From NCBI GenBank assembly GCA_038214295.1, contig JBBQSA010000015.1, forward strand, positions 174-64,173: DNA of 64,000 nucleotides, in the 5' to 3' direction. Shown piece after piece: positions 1 through 9,556 of this stretch. Source of the stretch: Gammaproteobacteria bacterium. GTDB lineage: Bacteria > Pseudomonadota > Gammaproteobacteria > Steroidobacterales > GCA-2729495. The first letter of the stretch is position 1. Every line of letters starts with the position of its first letter. The position numbers and the translations under genes are program-made. The notes beneath the pieces are model-generated. The model was not told the origin of the DNA. It saw only the letters and a list, made by a program, of their open reading frames with translations, and did no database searches.

Positions 1-2
1 TG

Positions 3-182
3 GCCTCGCGTCCGGAGGGCGGCTCGGGCCCCGTGTTCGGAGAGAGCGAGACCACCCTGTACATCGGCCGGGTGTATCTCGCGCTCGGGCAAGTGGATAA
101 GGCACGCCAGGCCCTGCTGAAGGCCCAGGCCCTCGCGCCCGACAGCGCGGACGTCCGGGATGAGCTAGCGAAGCTGCGCTGA
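3..182 (+). CDS. 3' end of a TPR-like protein gene that starts upstream of the window
   Basis: The frame is open from the window edge to TGA at 180-182. The tail ...ETTLYIGRVYLALGQVDKARQALLKAQALAPDSADVRDELAKLR looks like a terminal TPR helix pair. It is absent from the ORF track because the edge truncates it. Confidence 0.35.
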   Translation, partial: ASRPEGGSGPVFGESETTLYIGRVYLALGQVDKARQALLKAQALAPDSADVRDELAKLR

Positions 183-1079
183 ACCCGGCTTTCCGGAAGC
201 CCGCCAGCCGGCGCGCTCCGCTTCCTCCGGGCTGCAGAACCAGCGCTCGCCCCTGCTCTCGTCAATACGCGTCGCCGGGTATGCCGCCGAACCGGGCAGG
301 TGGTATATCCGCTCGCCCCGACGATTGATGTTTCCCTTGATGGGGCAGTGATCCCCGCTGACGGTGACCGTTCCGTTGGCGTTGCCGGGCTCGCTGGTGG
401 CCGCAACAGACGTGCTCTGGCCGATGGCGGCGATGCAGAGCGCGACGGTCTCCGTCGCGTAGCTCCGGGCCGGCACCGCCCGGCCACTGCCCCGCGCCCG
501 GAAACTCCACGGCGGCTCCCAGCCAGCGGGTTCCCAGCCCCACAAGCCGCGCCGTGCGGAGCGCGCCTGCGCCTCCAGACGGCAGTAGGCCTCGTCGGCG
601 GCTTCGTGGCGAAGGTAGCGGCGATACGCCCAGGCATAGCCGCTCTCGACCATGCGCGCGTTGACGTCACGGCTCCGGACAAGGACCTTGGCGACGAGTC
701 GGTCATACGCGTCACGCTGCTCGATGACCTCGAGCTGTAGCGGCTCGCCCTCCAGGAAGTTGCGCAGCGCCTTGGTCGCCGCGGAACCCAGCGCTTCCTT
801 CCGCTCCGGCGAGTCAATGCCGTGCAGGCGGACGGTAATCGGGCCGCTGGCGAGGCGCACCCTTATGGTGTCGCCGTCCACGACCTTGACGAGGGTGGCC
901 GGCAGTACGGGATCAGGGGGCGGTTCGCCACCCGGCACACCGCCAGGAGCGACGCCCGGGAGAGACAGCACACAGAGAAGGCCGGCAAGCAGTGCCGGGA
1001 GAGGTGGCCTAGTGCCCGGGGCTACGACGACGCAGTCTCCTGCGGCTCTCGTTGACGATCGTGGACCAGATGTTCTCAC
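165..1079 (-). CDS. Secreted staphylococcal-nuclease (SNase/thermonuclease) family nuclease with an extra C-terminal Cys-containing module
   Basis: 304-aa ORF with a hydrophobic leader LPALLAGLLCVLSLPG. SNase core: VVDGDTIRV..RLHGIDSPE..YDRLVAKV..VNARMVESGYAWAY. C-terminal module: CPIKGNINRRGERIYHLPGSAAYPATRIDESRGERWFCSPEEAERAGWRAS. The codon at 1079 is GTG and the first ~70 nt overlap the upstream ORF, so the true start is uncertain. Confidence 0.75.
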   Translation of the reverse strand: MRTSGPRSSTRAAGDCVVVAPGTRPPLPALLAGLLCVLSLPGVAPGGVPGGEPPPDPVLPATLVKVVDGDTIRVRLASGPITVRLHGIDSPERKEALGSAATKALRNFLEGEPLQLEVIEQRDAYDRLVAKVLVRSRDVNARMVESGYAWAYRRYLRHEAADEAYCRLEAQARSARRGLWGWEPAGWEPPWSFRARGSGRAVPARSYATETVALCIAAIGQSTSVAATSEPGNANGTVTVSGDHCPIKGNINRRGERIYHLPGSAAYPATRIDESRGERWFCSPEEAERAGWRASGKPGSAQLR

Positions 1080-1470
1080 GGAACTCGTCGAGATGCCGCT
1101 TCCAGACGACCGGGTCGGTAATGCCCATGTTCCCGGAGCCCACGTGCCCGAACCCCAGCTGCAACGGGGAGTCGGCGTCGGTGCACTGGATGAAGTAGGC
1201 GGGCAACATCTCGGTCGCGTTGTCCTGCCGGTCGTAGAGCAGGGCCAGCACCCGCCGGCGCGGTTCGCCGGCCAGCACCATCGAGGCCCTGATCTCCAGT
1301 TCGCGGAGCACGGCGAGGAGGTGCGGCTCCAGGTCCCTGCAGAGGTAATCGAGGTAGATGGAAGAGTGGCTGCCGGTCGCCTCGCAATTGTTGAAATGCA
1401 GGCCGTGCCGTAACCGGACGGTATCGCCGTGCTGGTCCGCGCCTGGGTTCCTGCGGGTCGACTCGTTCAT
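1009..1470 (-). CDS. Hypothetical protein (no family recognised)
   Basis: 153-aa ORF with an ATG start (cat at 1468-1470). Its composition is non-repetitive, unlike the Arg/Pro-rich shadow frames around it. Its 3' end overlaps the annotated start of the nuclease ORF. Confidence 0.4.
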   Translation of the reverse strand: MNESTRRNPGADQHGDTVRLRHGLHFNNCEATGSHSSIYLDYLCRDLEPHLLAVLRELEIRASMVLAGEPRRRVLALLYDRQDNATEMLPAYFIQCTDADSPLQLGFGHVGSGNMGITDPVVWKRHLDEFRENIWSTIVNESRRRLRRRSPGH

Positions 1471-1538
1471 GGCGACCTGATCGTCGCCCCGGACAGCCGC
1501 CCGCGGGCGTGAACCGCGTCACGAATACGGGATCGGTC

Positions 1539-4500
1539 TCAGGCGAAAGGCACCGGCTTTATTTCCACGTCCGGGGTAAATAGCTTGTACATCACCGGCG
1601 TAACGAGTCGCGCCAGGAACGTGCTGGTGACGAGGCCGCCGATGATTACCCAGGCCATGGGGCTGTAGAGGCCGACATTCTGCAGGGCGAGCGGCAGCAG
1701 CCCGCCGATGGCCGTCGCAGACGTGAGCAGGATCGGTACAAAGCGCGTCTCACCCGCCCGCTCGATGGCCTCGTCCAGCGCGACCCCCTGGGAGCGCAGC
1801 TGGTTGGTGAAATCCACGAGCAGGATCGAGTTCTTGATCTCGATGCCGATCAGGGCTATCAGGCCGATGCTGGCGGTGAACGACACGCTGTTGCCGGTTA
1901 ACAGCAGCGCGAGGAAGCCGCCCAGCAGGCCAATCGGCACCACCGTCAGCACGATGAGCGTCGAACGGAAGCTGCCGAACTCGATCACCAGCACGGCAAA
2001 GATACCGAACAGCGCCACGATGGCGGCAGTGCCGACGCCGCTGAACGAATCCGCACCGGTCTGCGCCTCGCCGCCCAGCACGAAGCGGTAACCCTTTGGC
2101 CAGGGGAAGCGCTCCAGCTCCCGGACGATGTCCGCGGTGATCTTGGCGGTATTTCGCCCTGCGACGACCTCCGCATTGATGGTCACGGAGCGTTCCCGCA
2201 TGTACCGCTGGATCTGCGTGGGCGCCTTGTCGAACTCTAGCCGGGCAAGCTGGGACAGGGGCAGGGAACTGCCGCCGGGACCCGGTACGCGCACCTCCGC
2301 GAGGGCGGCCAGGTCCGGGCGTGCGCCGAGCGGCGTGCGGACCACGATGGCGTACTGCTCGCCATCGGTCTCCTTGTACCTGCCGACCTCCAGGCCGGCA
2401 ACCGAGAGCCTCACTGCCTGGTCGAAGGTCGCCGCCGGCACGCCCAGCTGGCTGGACTTCTGGGAATCCAGCGCCAGACGGATATTGGTGCGCGACACGC
2501 GCAACGGGTTGTCGACATCCCGGGTGCCACTGACAGTGCGCATCAGCGTCTCTATCCGGCCGGACAACGCCTCGAGAGTCGCGAGATCCGGGCCGACCAC
2601 CCGGACGGCGATGGGCGCCGTGACCGGCGGCCCGTTAATGAACTCGTCCACGTAGATCCGGGCATTGGGGTAACGGGACAGCTCGTCGCGGAGCTGCTCG
2701 AGGCGCCGGGGAGTGCCGCGGGTGCTGTAGGTCTTCAGCTGGACGAACATTTCCGCGTAATTGGCGGCGTCCTCCCGGGGCAGCTGGTTGTAGTAGATCT
2801 TCGGGTTACCGTGGCCGAGATTGGAGAAGTAGCTCTGCACCTCCTCCATACGGCCAACGCGCGCCTCCACGAAGCGCAGGGCAGTATCAGTCGCAGCGAG
2901 GCTGGACCCGTTCGGGGTCTCGACCTTGATGATGAACATCGGCGCGTTGGACTTCGGGAACAAGCTCGAGCCGACGACGGGCACCAGCAGCAGGGTAAGG
3001 CCGATGGAACCCCCGATGGCGACGACGGCCGTGCGGCGGGGCCGGGCCAGGCAGTATTCCAGCGCCGGGCGATACCAGCGCTCTATCAGGCCCATCAACC
3101 GCTGCAGTACACGGTTGCCACCCGCCTCCGTGGGCGCGACCAGCACCTGGCTCGCGATGAACGGAATGATGAACAGGGCAATGAGCAGCGACCCGAGGAC
3201 GGTCGAGACCACCGTCAGGGGCAGCACCCGGATGAACTTGCCGGCCGTCTCCGGCAGCACCATCAGCGGCAGGAACGCAAACAGCAGCGTCGCCGTGCAC
3301 CCCAGGATCGCCTGGAAGATCTGCTGGGTTCCCTTCAGGGCCGCCTCCGCCCGGCTATAGCCCATGCGCAGGTGCCGGCTGATGTTCTCGACGACGACGA
3401 TGGAGTCATCTACCAGCAGGCCGAGGGCCAGCACGAAGCCGGCGATCGACAGCTGGTTCAGCGAGAAGCCGAGGAAGAAGATGCTGGCCAGTCCGAAGGA
3501 CAATGCGAGGGGAATGGATACCATCACGATCCCGGCGGCCCGGAGCCCGAGTGGCAGCAGCGTGAGGCTGACGAGGGCAATGGCGATCATCAGGTCCGTG
3601 GACAGGCGGTTCAGCCGGTGCGAGACGTTCCGGGACTGGTCAAAGCCCCACTCCAGCCGGATGCGGCCCGGCACCTGGGCCTGGAACCCGGCGACGGCCG
3701 CCGCGATGCGCTCACGGACCTTGAGGATGTTGTAGCCGTCCTTCTGGTTGGCCGTGACGAACACGGCCCGCTGGCCGTTGAAGCGACCCACGTAACTCAG
3801 CGGCTGGTCGGCCCAGTACACGCGCGCGACGTCGCGCACACGGGTGATGGCGCCGTTCCGGCTGGCAACGACGGTGTCCCTGACTTCATCGAGAGACGAG
3901 TAGCTGCCGGACGTCTTCAGGGTGAAGCTGCGGGGACCGAGATCGAGCGCGCCGGCGGGCAGATTGCTGTTCTCGCTCTGCAGGGCGGCCACCAGCACCG
4001 CCGGCGTCACGGCGAGCGCCGCCATCCGGCGCTGGTCGATTTCGATACGCAGCTCGCGCTGCGGAAAGGCCCAGCTTTCAGCAGTGCGGACGCCGTCGAC
4101 CGTCTTCAGCCTGTCCTTGAGATCACGAGCGAGATTCTCCAGCTCCCGGTAGGTTGCGGTCTCCGACACCAGCGCAAACTGCACCGTATTGACGAGGGCG
4201 GGACTGAACTTGCGGATCTCGAGGCGGGCAATCTCCGCGGGGAGAGTCGGACGGAGGGCGTTGGTCTCCCGCTGGACCTCGTCGTACTTCTTGTCGGGAT
4301 CGGTGAAGGCCTGGAACTCGATGGTCACCACTGCGACGCCATCCCGCATCGTCGACTCGATCTTCTTGACGTCGTCCAGCTCGGCCAGCCGGTCCTCCAG
4401 CGGCTTCACGACGAGCCGCTCCAGGTCCACGGGGTCCGCGCCCGGGAGGACGATCGAGATGATGAATGCGGAGATCTTGAAGTAGGGGTCCTCCTCCCGG

Positions 4501-4598
4501 GGCACGCTGATGAAGGCATAGATGCCGAGAACCACGAGGCAAAGGAAAGCCACGAGGGTGGGCTGGAAGCGCCGGATCGGGTACTCGAGCAGGCCCAT
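1539..4598 (-). CDS. RND efflux transporter, inner-membrane permease (AcrB/HAE1-like)
   Basis: 1019 aa. N-terminal TM MGLLEYPIRRFQPTLVAFLCLVVLGIYAF, two large soluble loops and about 12 hydrophobic segments, a size and layout typical of AcrB-family pumps. ATG at 4598 directly abuts the MFP stop at 4599-4601. Confidence 0.9.
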   Translation of the reverse strand: MGLLEYPIRRFQPTLVAFLCLVVLGIYAFISVPREEDPYFKISAFIISIVLPGADPVDLERLVVKPLEDRLAELDDVKKIESTMRDGVAVVTIEFQAFTDPDKKYDEVQRETNALRPTLPAEIARLEIRKFSPALVNTVQFALVSETATYRELENLARDLKDRLKTVDGVRTAESWAFPQRELRIEIDQRRMAALAVTPAVLVAALQSENSNLPAGALDLGPRSFTLKTSGSYSSLDEVRDTVVASRNGAITRVRDVARVYWADQPLSYVGRFNGQRAVFVTANQKDGYNILKVRERIAAAVAGFQAQVPGRIRLEWGFDQSRNVSHRLNRLSTDLMIAIALVSLTLLPLGLRAAGIVMVSIPLALSFGLASIFFLGFSLNQLSIAGFVLALGLLVDDSIVVVENISRHLRMGYSRAEAALKGTQQIFQAILGCTATLLFAFLPLMVLPETAGKFIRVLPLTVVSTVLGSLLIALFIIPFIASQVLVAPTEAGGNRVLQRLMGLIERWYRPALEYCLARPRRTAVVAIGGSIGLTLLLVPVVGSSLFPKSNAPMFIIKVETPNGSSLAATDTALRFVEARVGRMEEVQSYFSNLGHGNPKIYYNQLPREDAANYAEMFVQLKTYSTRGTPRRLEQLRDELSRYPNARIYVDEFINGPPVTAPIAVRVVGPDLATLEALSGRIETLMRTVSGTRDVDNPLRVSRTNIRLALDSQKSSQLGVPAATFDQAVRLSVAGLEVGRYKETDGEQYAIVVRTPLGARPDLAALAEVRVPGPGGSSLPLSQLARLEFDKAPTQIQRYMRERSVTINAEVVAGRNTAKITADIVRELERFPWPKGYRFVLGGEAQTGADSFSGVGTAAIVALFGIFAVLVIEFGSFRSTLIVLTVVPIGLLGGFLALLLTGNSVSFTASIGLIALIGIEIKNSILLVDFTNQLRSQGVALDEAIERAGETRFVPILLTSATAIGGLLPLALQNVGLYSPMAWVIIGGLVTSTFLARLVTPVMYKLFTPDVEIKPVPFA

Positions 4599-5711
4599 CT
4601 ATCTGGCCGCGGCGGCCGCAGGCGGCACGATCTGCACCTGCTCGCCGTCCTGCAGGTAAAGAGCGCCGTCGGTCGCGACGAATTCACCGGCCTCGAGGCC
4701 CTCGGCAATCGCGACTGACGTAGGCGCAATGAACGCGATGCGCACCGCGCGGCGGTGGGCCACGCCGTCACGGACCACGAACACGGCCCCACGGTCGCCA
4801 TCCGCCTCGATGACTGCCGCGATCGGCGCGTAGGGCAGGGTCACTTCCCCGGCAGCAACCGGGTCGATCCGCAGGCGGGCCGCGAGCCCGCTGACCAGTT
4901 TGAGCGGGGTGGCGGCCAGCCCGACCTGGATCTCGAACAGGCCGCTGCCGGCGTCGGCCGCGCCGGGCAGCACCGTGATGCTGCCCTTCAGGACCTGCCC
5001 CGGGAACGCGTCCAGTGTGATCGTCGCAGGGTCACCCAGCCGCAACCGCACCACGTCCCGGTCGGAGAGGCCGGCCCGCACGATGTAGCCGGCAGCGCTG
5101 GGCCCGATCACGACGACCGCCTGCCCCGGCTGCACGAACTCGCGCTCCTCGACGAGCTTGCGCAGCACGACGCCGTCCCGGGAGGCAAGGATGCGGGAGA
5201 ACTTGCGATTGAACTCGGCGGCACGCAGTCCCGCGCCGGCTACCGCCGCCTGGGTCCGCAGTCCCTCCAGCTCTTCCTCGCTAATGACCTCGTCGGCGCG
5301 CAGTTTGGTGCTGCGGGCCAGGTCGCGCTGGGCCTTGGCCGAGAGCTGCCGCGCCTGCTCCACCTGGGCCTCCACCTCGGTGAGCTCCAGTTCCGCCAGC
5401 GTCTGGCCGGCGCGCACGGCCTGCCCTTCCTCCACCGCCACCCGGCGGACGATCCCGCCCACCTTGAAGGACAGCTTCAGCTCCTCACCAGTGGTGATCA
5501 CGCCGCTCGTCAGCACCGGCGGCGATGCAGGGCCGGTAGTGACGGCCTCGACCGCGACCCGGGTGGGCTCCCGCGCGGCCGGCTTTTCGGCCGGCTTGCA
5601 GGCGTGGAGGGATACCAGTGTGACCGCCGGGATGGTGGCCAGAATCACGCCCCGTGCAACGGCGCGCAGCCACGCTGCCGGGCCGGGAATCCCGGGAAAT
5701 CGTCGCTTCAT
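4599..5711 (-). CDS. RND efflux periplasmic adaptor (HlyD/AcrA membrane-fusion family)
   Basis: 370 aa with a lipoprotein-like leader ...TLVSLHAC and a coiled-coil hairpin (EVEAQVEQARQLSAKAQRDLARSTKL) flanked by beta-rich segments. ATGA stop/start overlap with the OMF gene at 5708-5711. Confidence 0.85.
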   Translation of the reverse strand: MKRRFPGIPGPAAWLRAVARGVILATIPAVTLVSLHACKPAEKPAAREPTRVAVEAVTTGPASPPVLTSGVITTGEELKLSFKVGGIVRRVAVEEGQAVRAGQTLAELELTEVEAQVEQARQLSAKAQRDLARSTKLRADEVISEEELEGLRTQAAVAGAGLRAAEFNRKFSRILASRDGVVLRKLVEEREFVQPGQAVVVIGPSAAGYIVRAGLSDRDVVRLRLGDPATITLDAFPGQVLKGSITVLPGAADAGSGLFEIQVGLAATPLKLVSGLAARLRIDPVAAGEVTLPYAPIAAVIEADGDRGAVFVVRDGVAHRRAVRIAFIAPTSVAIAEGLEAGEFVATDGALYLQDGEQVQIVPPAAAAAR

Positions 5712-7132
5712 TGAGTGGCGCCTCCGGAAGGGAGTGACAGCGGCCGTACGGCCGTCGCATAGGCAAGTTCGGACTGCCGGGACAGGAGTTCGAAACGGGT
5801 GCGATTGAGATTGAGCTCGGCGCTGGTCAGCGCATTGCGGGCATCAAGGAAGACGACCTGGTTAACGACACCCTCGTCCCGCTTGCTGCTGGCAATCCTG
5901 AAGCCGGCCCTGGCCGCCTCGGTACGCGCCTCCGCCGTCGCGAGCGAATCAGCCGCCGAGCGAAGCCGGTCCAGGGCCTGCTGCACCTCGAGCTCGATCT
6001 GGCGCGCGGTCTCTTCCCGGCGCAGCGCCGCCTGCCGGGCAACGGCCCGGGCGGCATCCACGCGGGACCGGATCGCGCCGCCATCGAACACAGGCAGCGT
6101 GACCTGCACGGACGCGGTGCCGAAGTTATAGCCGCTGCCGAACGCGTAGTCCTCGCCCTGAATGCCAGCATCTGCCCCCACGGAAACCTGGGGCATGCGC
6201 GCCGCCCGTTGCTGCTCCACCTGGAAGCCGGCGGCACGCTCCAGGGACTCGAGCTCGCGAAGTTCCGGGCGGCGCTCCAGCGCCCCGCTACGCAGCTCAG
6301 GATCGGCCGCGCTCGTGACGGCGAGAGCGGCGGCCGCGTCCCGGGATTCAGGCGCCGGCGCTTCCAGCGCTGAATCCAGCCCGCGGTTCAGCAGGAAATT
6401 CACGAGCTGCGCGCTGCGCGCGGCAAGCGTCGCCGCCTCGGTGCGTTGCTGCTGGACCTCAAGCAGCTCGGCCCGGGCCCGAAGGACCTGGTCCTGCGTC
6501 ACCCGGCCGTTGGCATAGAGCGACTCGTTCACGCGCAGGTTCTCCTGCAGGAGCCCGAAACTCGACTCGACGATGTCAACGGTGCTCCGGGCACGAAGCC
6601 AGTCCAGGTAGCCGACTGTGACGTCCCGTTCGAGGCGACGCGCCAGCGCCTGGCGGGCGAACACCGTGCCGTCGAGGACGGCCCGCTGGGCCCGGAAGGC
6701 CGCCGGTATCGCGGGCGCGTACAGCGGCTGCCGCAGAGACAGTCGCGTGTCCTGCTCCCGGTCCCGGAGAAACCGGAAGGAAGTGTCGCGGATGTCGGTG
6801 AAGCGGGCCGGCTCGCCGTTCGCCACTAGCAGCTCGTTGAGTGTCTGGTATGCGGGATTGACCAGCTCACCGATTGGCAGGCTGATCTCGCGGCCACCCT
6901 CGGCACGCGTGTAGCGGGCCTCGAAGCCGATCTGGGGCAGGAAGCGGCTGCGGGCCTCTGCCAGCAGCGCCAGCTGGCGCTCCACATCGAAGCCCTGCCC
7001 GCGCAGGGCGAGGTTAGAGGCCAGCGCCTCCCGGACGTACTCGTCGACAATCGCCTGCAGCGGCCGGCCCACGGGCTCCGCCCAGAGCGGGACGGCGATG
7101 CACAACAGGATCGTGGCCAGCAGGACGCGCAT
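5708..7132 (-). CDS. Outer-membrane efflux protein (TolC/OprM family)
   Basis: The track ORF is 584 aa, but its first 110 codons are an Arg-rich shadow. The ATG at 7132 gives the signal peptide MRVLLATILLCIAVPLWAEP, followed by the two-repeat coiled-coil/beta pattern of OMF proteins. ATGA overlap with the tetR stop at 7132-7134. Confidence 0.85.
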   Translation of the reverse strand: MRVLLATILLCIAVPLWAEPVGRPLQAIVDEYVREALASNLALRGQGFDVERQLALLAEARSRFLPQIGFEARYTRAEGGREISLPIGELVNPAYQTLNELLVANGEPARFTDIRDTSFRFLRDREQDTRLSLRQPLYAPAIPAAFRAQRAVLDGTVFARQALARRLERDVTVGYLDWLRARSTVDIVESSFGLLQENLRVNESLYANGRVTQDQVLRARAELLEVQQQRTEAATLAARSAQLVNFLLNRGLDSALEAPAPESRDAAAALAVTSAADPELRSGALERRPELRELESLERAAGFQVEQQRAARMPQVSVGADAGIQGEDYAFGSGYNFGTASVQVTLPVFDGGAIRSRVDAARAVARQAALRREETARQIELEVQQALDRLRSAADSLATAEARTEAARAGFRIASSKRDEGVVNQVVFLDARNALTSAELNLNRTRFELLSRQSELAYATAVRPLSLPSGGATQ

Positions 7133-7773
7133 CAACCACCCCTGAGCAGCGCGATGGTGGCCATACGCAGCGTCTGCTCGACGAGCCTGTCCGGCGTGAC
7201 GCCGTGCTGGGCCAGCACGGCGCGTTTCATGCTGGCGACCTGGATCGTGCCGTGGGTCATGGCCCAGAGCGACAGCGCCACGGTGCCGGGCGAGCCCGCC
7301 GCCGGCGACACGGAGCCGTCGGCCATCCCGGCCTCGAGCGCGGCGACGATCACGGCATGGACATCGGCCCCGGCAACGAGGCAGGCGGAGTGATTGCTGC
7401 CGTCGTTGGCGGACGCGCCGGTGGCCTCGAAGCGCGCGAGGATCTCGAACTGCAGGGGGCACTCGGCCGCGAATGCCACATAGGCCCGCCCGAGGGCGAC
7501 CACGCGGTCGAGGCCCCGGGGATGATCGGCCTCCAGGGCCGCAAACCGGGCGTGCAGGCCGCGCAGCGCGCGCTCGCAGATGCCGGCGGCGAGATCCTGC
7601 CTGTCCTTGAAGTACACGTAGACCAGGCCGCGGGACACCCGCGCCTCCCGGGCGACCAGGTCCATTGTCAGGCCCTCGAGGCCGGCGGCTTCCGCGACGC
7701 GCTCGGCAGCGTCCAGCAGGTCGCTGCGGCGGCGCTCCTTTTCCTCGAGTCGGCGGGCGGCAATCGGATCCAT
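7132..7773 (-). CDS. TetR/AcrR family transcriptional regulator, first gene of the efflux operon
   Basis: 213 aa with the N-terminal HTH LTMDLVAREARVSRGLVYVYFKDRQDL typical of TetR. It is co-directional with, and overlaps, the OMF start codon. Confidence 0.85.
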   Translation of the reverse strand: MDPIAARRLEEKERRRSDLLDAAERVAEAAGLEGLTMDLVAREARVSRGLVYVYFKDRQDLAAGICERALRGLHARFAALEADHPRGLDRVVALGRAYVAFAAECPLQFEILARFEATGASANDGSNHSACLVAGADVHAVIVAALEAGMADGSVSPAAGSPGTVALSLWAMTHGTIQVASMKRAVLAQHGVTPDRLVEQTLRMATIALLRGG

Positions 7774-7848
7774 GGCAGGCAGACTAGCGGCCGTTTTGAC
7801 ACTCTGTCAATTACAGGACAGATGTGAAAACCAGCGCTCGGCCAGGGG

Positions 7849-9051
7849 CTAGCGATTGCTCGGTGGCGGCAGCCGCTCCGCGAGTTCCGAGCCGCCGGGC
7901 GCGAGGCCCGGGACGAGCTCCCGAAGTTCGCGGCGGAGCGAGCGGGGGCGAGCAGGCGCATAACCAAAGCGCAGCAGCACGGAGGGCCGGCCCGCCGGCT
8001 CACCCAGTTCCATGCCCAGCCGGGGCCGCAGGGTCCGGCTTTCAGCCGGGGCACTCACCCAGTCGTGCCGGATGCCGAGGGCCGTGGCCAGCAGGGCAAA
8101 GCGCTGCACGGCCCGGCCCGTCTCCACCCAGTGTGCCCGGTCGTCAATTGCCGCGATGAAACCGGCGAAACCAGCGGCGCTGCGGACTTCATTGACGAGC
8201 CGGTCGTTGACCCGGTCGGCGGTGGCCAGCAGCTCAAACAGCGCGCCACCCAGTGCCGGCGGGAGCGCGGTGCGGCCGGCGGGCCCGGGCGCGAGGCCGT
8301 CCCGGGTCGCGAGCGCGGTGGCGTCATCAAACCGGGTCCAGCGCTTCAGCTCGGCCACCCGGGCGGCATCCGCGTACCACTCCCGGTTCGCGGATGCCGC
8401 GAGGTCCAGCAGCCGGGTCTTCTGGTTCCGGTCCGTCACCAGCACCGGCGTGACGCCCGGCCCGGTCGCCACCTGCTCCAGGCGGGCAAGGTCCGCTGCG
8501 GGAACCGCCTTGCCATCGTAAAGACCGCGGGTGGTCTGCCGCGCCGGAATCGCCTCCGACAGCGGCGAACGCCCCGGCGCTCCGAGGGCCAGCCGCACGA
8601 TCACGCCATCGCCCGGCGTCGCGCCCGTCTCGACACGGGTGTACAGGGCCACGGCGGCCGCGATCTGCACGATGTTCTCCGCTGCACAGCCGAGGCTCAC
8701 GTGCAGGTGATGGTCGTCCGGGTCCACGGCGGGCGACCTGCGCGCCGGGTCCGGCAGGATCGTGATCGCGTCCCGGGCCACCCGGAACCGCCAGCATTGG
8801 CTGTTGTAGGTGGACGGGGCCAGCGTGGCGTAGCGCACCAGTTCGGCCAGGAGTCCATTGAGGTCAGGCGGCAGGCCCGGCGTGTGCCGCCAGATGCTGT
8901 CGGCAAGGGCGCTGTACTCGTCACGGCCGCGGCTGCAGCCGGCCAGTGTTGCCCCGGTCAGGGCGGCACCCGCCACGCCCAGGCTACCGGCGCGCAGGAG
9001 GGCACGCCGGGAATGCAGCCGGTCCCGGAACCAGCCAGCGCTATCGGTCAT
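7849..9051 (-). CDS. Tat-exported nitroreductase-family (two-domain, Acg-like) protein
   Basis: Twin-arginine leader SRRALLRAGSLGVAGAALTGATLAGC. Two nitroreductase-like halves (e.g. APSTYNSQCWRF, IPARQTTRGLYDGKAV). The ATG at 9051 is preferred over the TTG at 9063. Confidence 0.65.
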   Translation of the reverse strand: MTDSAGWFRDRLHSRRALLRAGSLGVAGAALTGATLAGCSRGRDEYSALADSIWRHTPGLPPDLNGLLAELVRYATLAPSTYNSQCWRFRVARDAITILPDPARRSPAVDPDDHHLHVSLGCAAENIVQIAAAVALYTRVETGATPGDGVIVRLALGAPGRSPLSEAIPARQTTRGLYDGKAVPAADLARLEQVATGPGVTPVLVTDRNQKTRLLDLAASANREWYADAARVAELKRWTRFDDATALATRDGLAPGPAGRTALPPALGGALFELLATADRVNDRLVNEVRSAAGFAGFIAAIDDRAHWVETGRAVQRFALLATALGIRHDWVSAPAESRTLRPRLGMELGEPAGRPSVLLRFGYAPARPRSLRRELRELVPGLAPGGSELAERLPPPSNR

Positions 9052-9070
9052 CAGTCGGGTCAATCCGGCA

Positions 9071-9400
9071 TCAAGGATGCCGTAATGCTATCCCAGCCGG
9101 CGCTTCCAGCAGTTCCTCGATGCCACGCAGCCGGCGCCTCGCCAGGAATATGGCGTGACGGGCCATCAGTTCGGGCCAGGGATCGTCCGACAACGGGACG
9201 TCGGCGAGCGCCGCGCGCGCCAGTGCAACCTCGTCGGCTGCGGCGGCGAGCGCCTCGTGCTCTTCGCCGGCGCCAGTGGCAGGCCGCTCGCTCGCCCGGG
9301 CGGCGGGCACGTAAGCCCGCGGCAGACCAACGGGACGGTGCCAGGGGCGCGCCCAGTTGACGGTGACAGTCCAGGGATCGGTGGCCGGCGCCAGTTCCAT
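9071..9400 (-). CDS. Hypothetical small protein co-transcribed with the nitroreductase-like gene
   Basis: The internal ATG at 9400 (MELAPATDPW...) is preceded by GAGG. It ends 8-20 nt before the downstream start. No family recognised. Confidence 0.3.
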   Translation of the reverse strand: MELAPATDPWTVTVNWARPWHRPVGLPRAYVPAARASERPATGAGEEHEALAAAADEVALARAALADVPLSDDPWPELMARHAIFLARRRLRGIEELLEAPAGIALRHP

Positions 9401-9556
9401 TTTCAAACCTCGTGACGTTGCGGAATGCACAACGTCACTTGCAGGAATCGTGCCAGCGAATGCACCGGCGACTATCGGCGCCGGTGGCAGGTGGCGAGGT
9501 AGCGAGCGCACCGGCGTGAGGCGCGGGCGCGCCGGGCGCGCCCGCCGTTGGAGCGC

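Noticed and set aside
1076-1522. 148-aa minus-strand ORF overlapping the 1009-1470 ORF
   Set aside because: Its sequence is Arg/Pro/Gly-rich with no motifs, in an alternative frame of a better-looking ORF.
2811-4718. 635-aa plus-strand ORF and other long antisense ORFs (e.g. 11563-13380, 24281-25702, 30405-31649, 34454-35830, 18617-19681, 59195-60352, 10569-11420, 22694-23920, 38274-39392)
   Set aside because: Each lies opposite a gene with clear family motifs. Their translations are low-complexity and R/G/P/A/H/Q-rich with no motifs. This is expected in high-GC DNA.
5708-7773. The efflux operon order tetR-OMF-MFP-RND with ATGA overlaps as something novel
   Set aside because: It is less common than a divergent tetR, but co-transcribed regulators and OMF-first orders are known. 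The proteins look ordinary.
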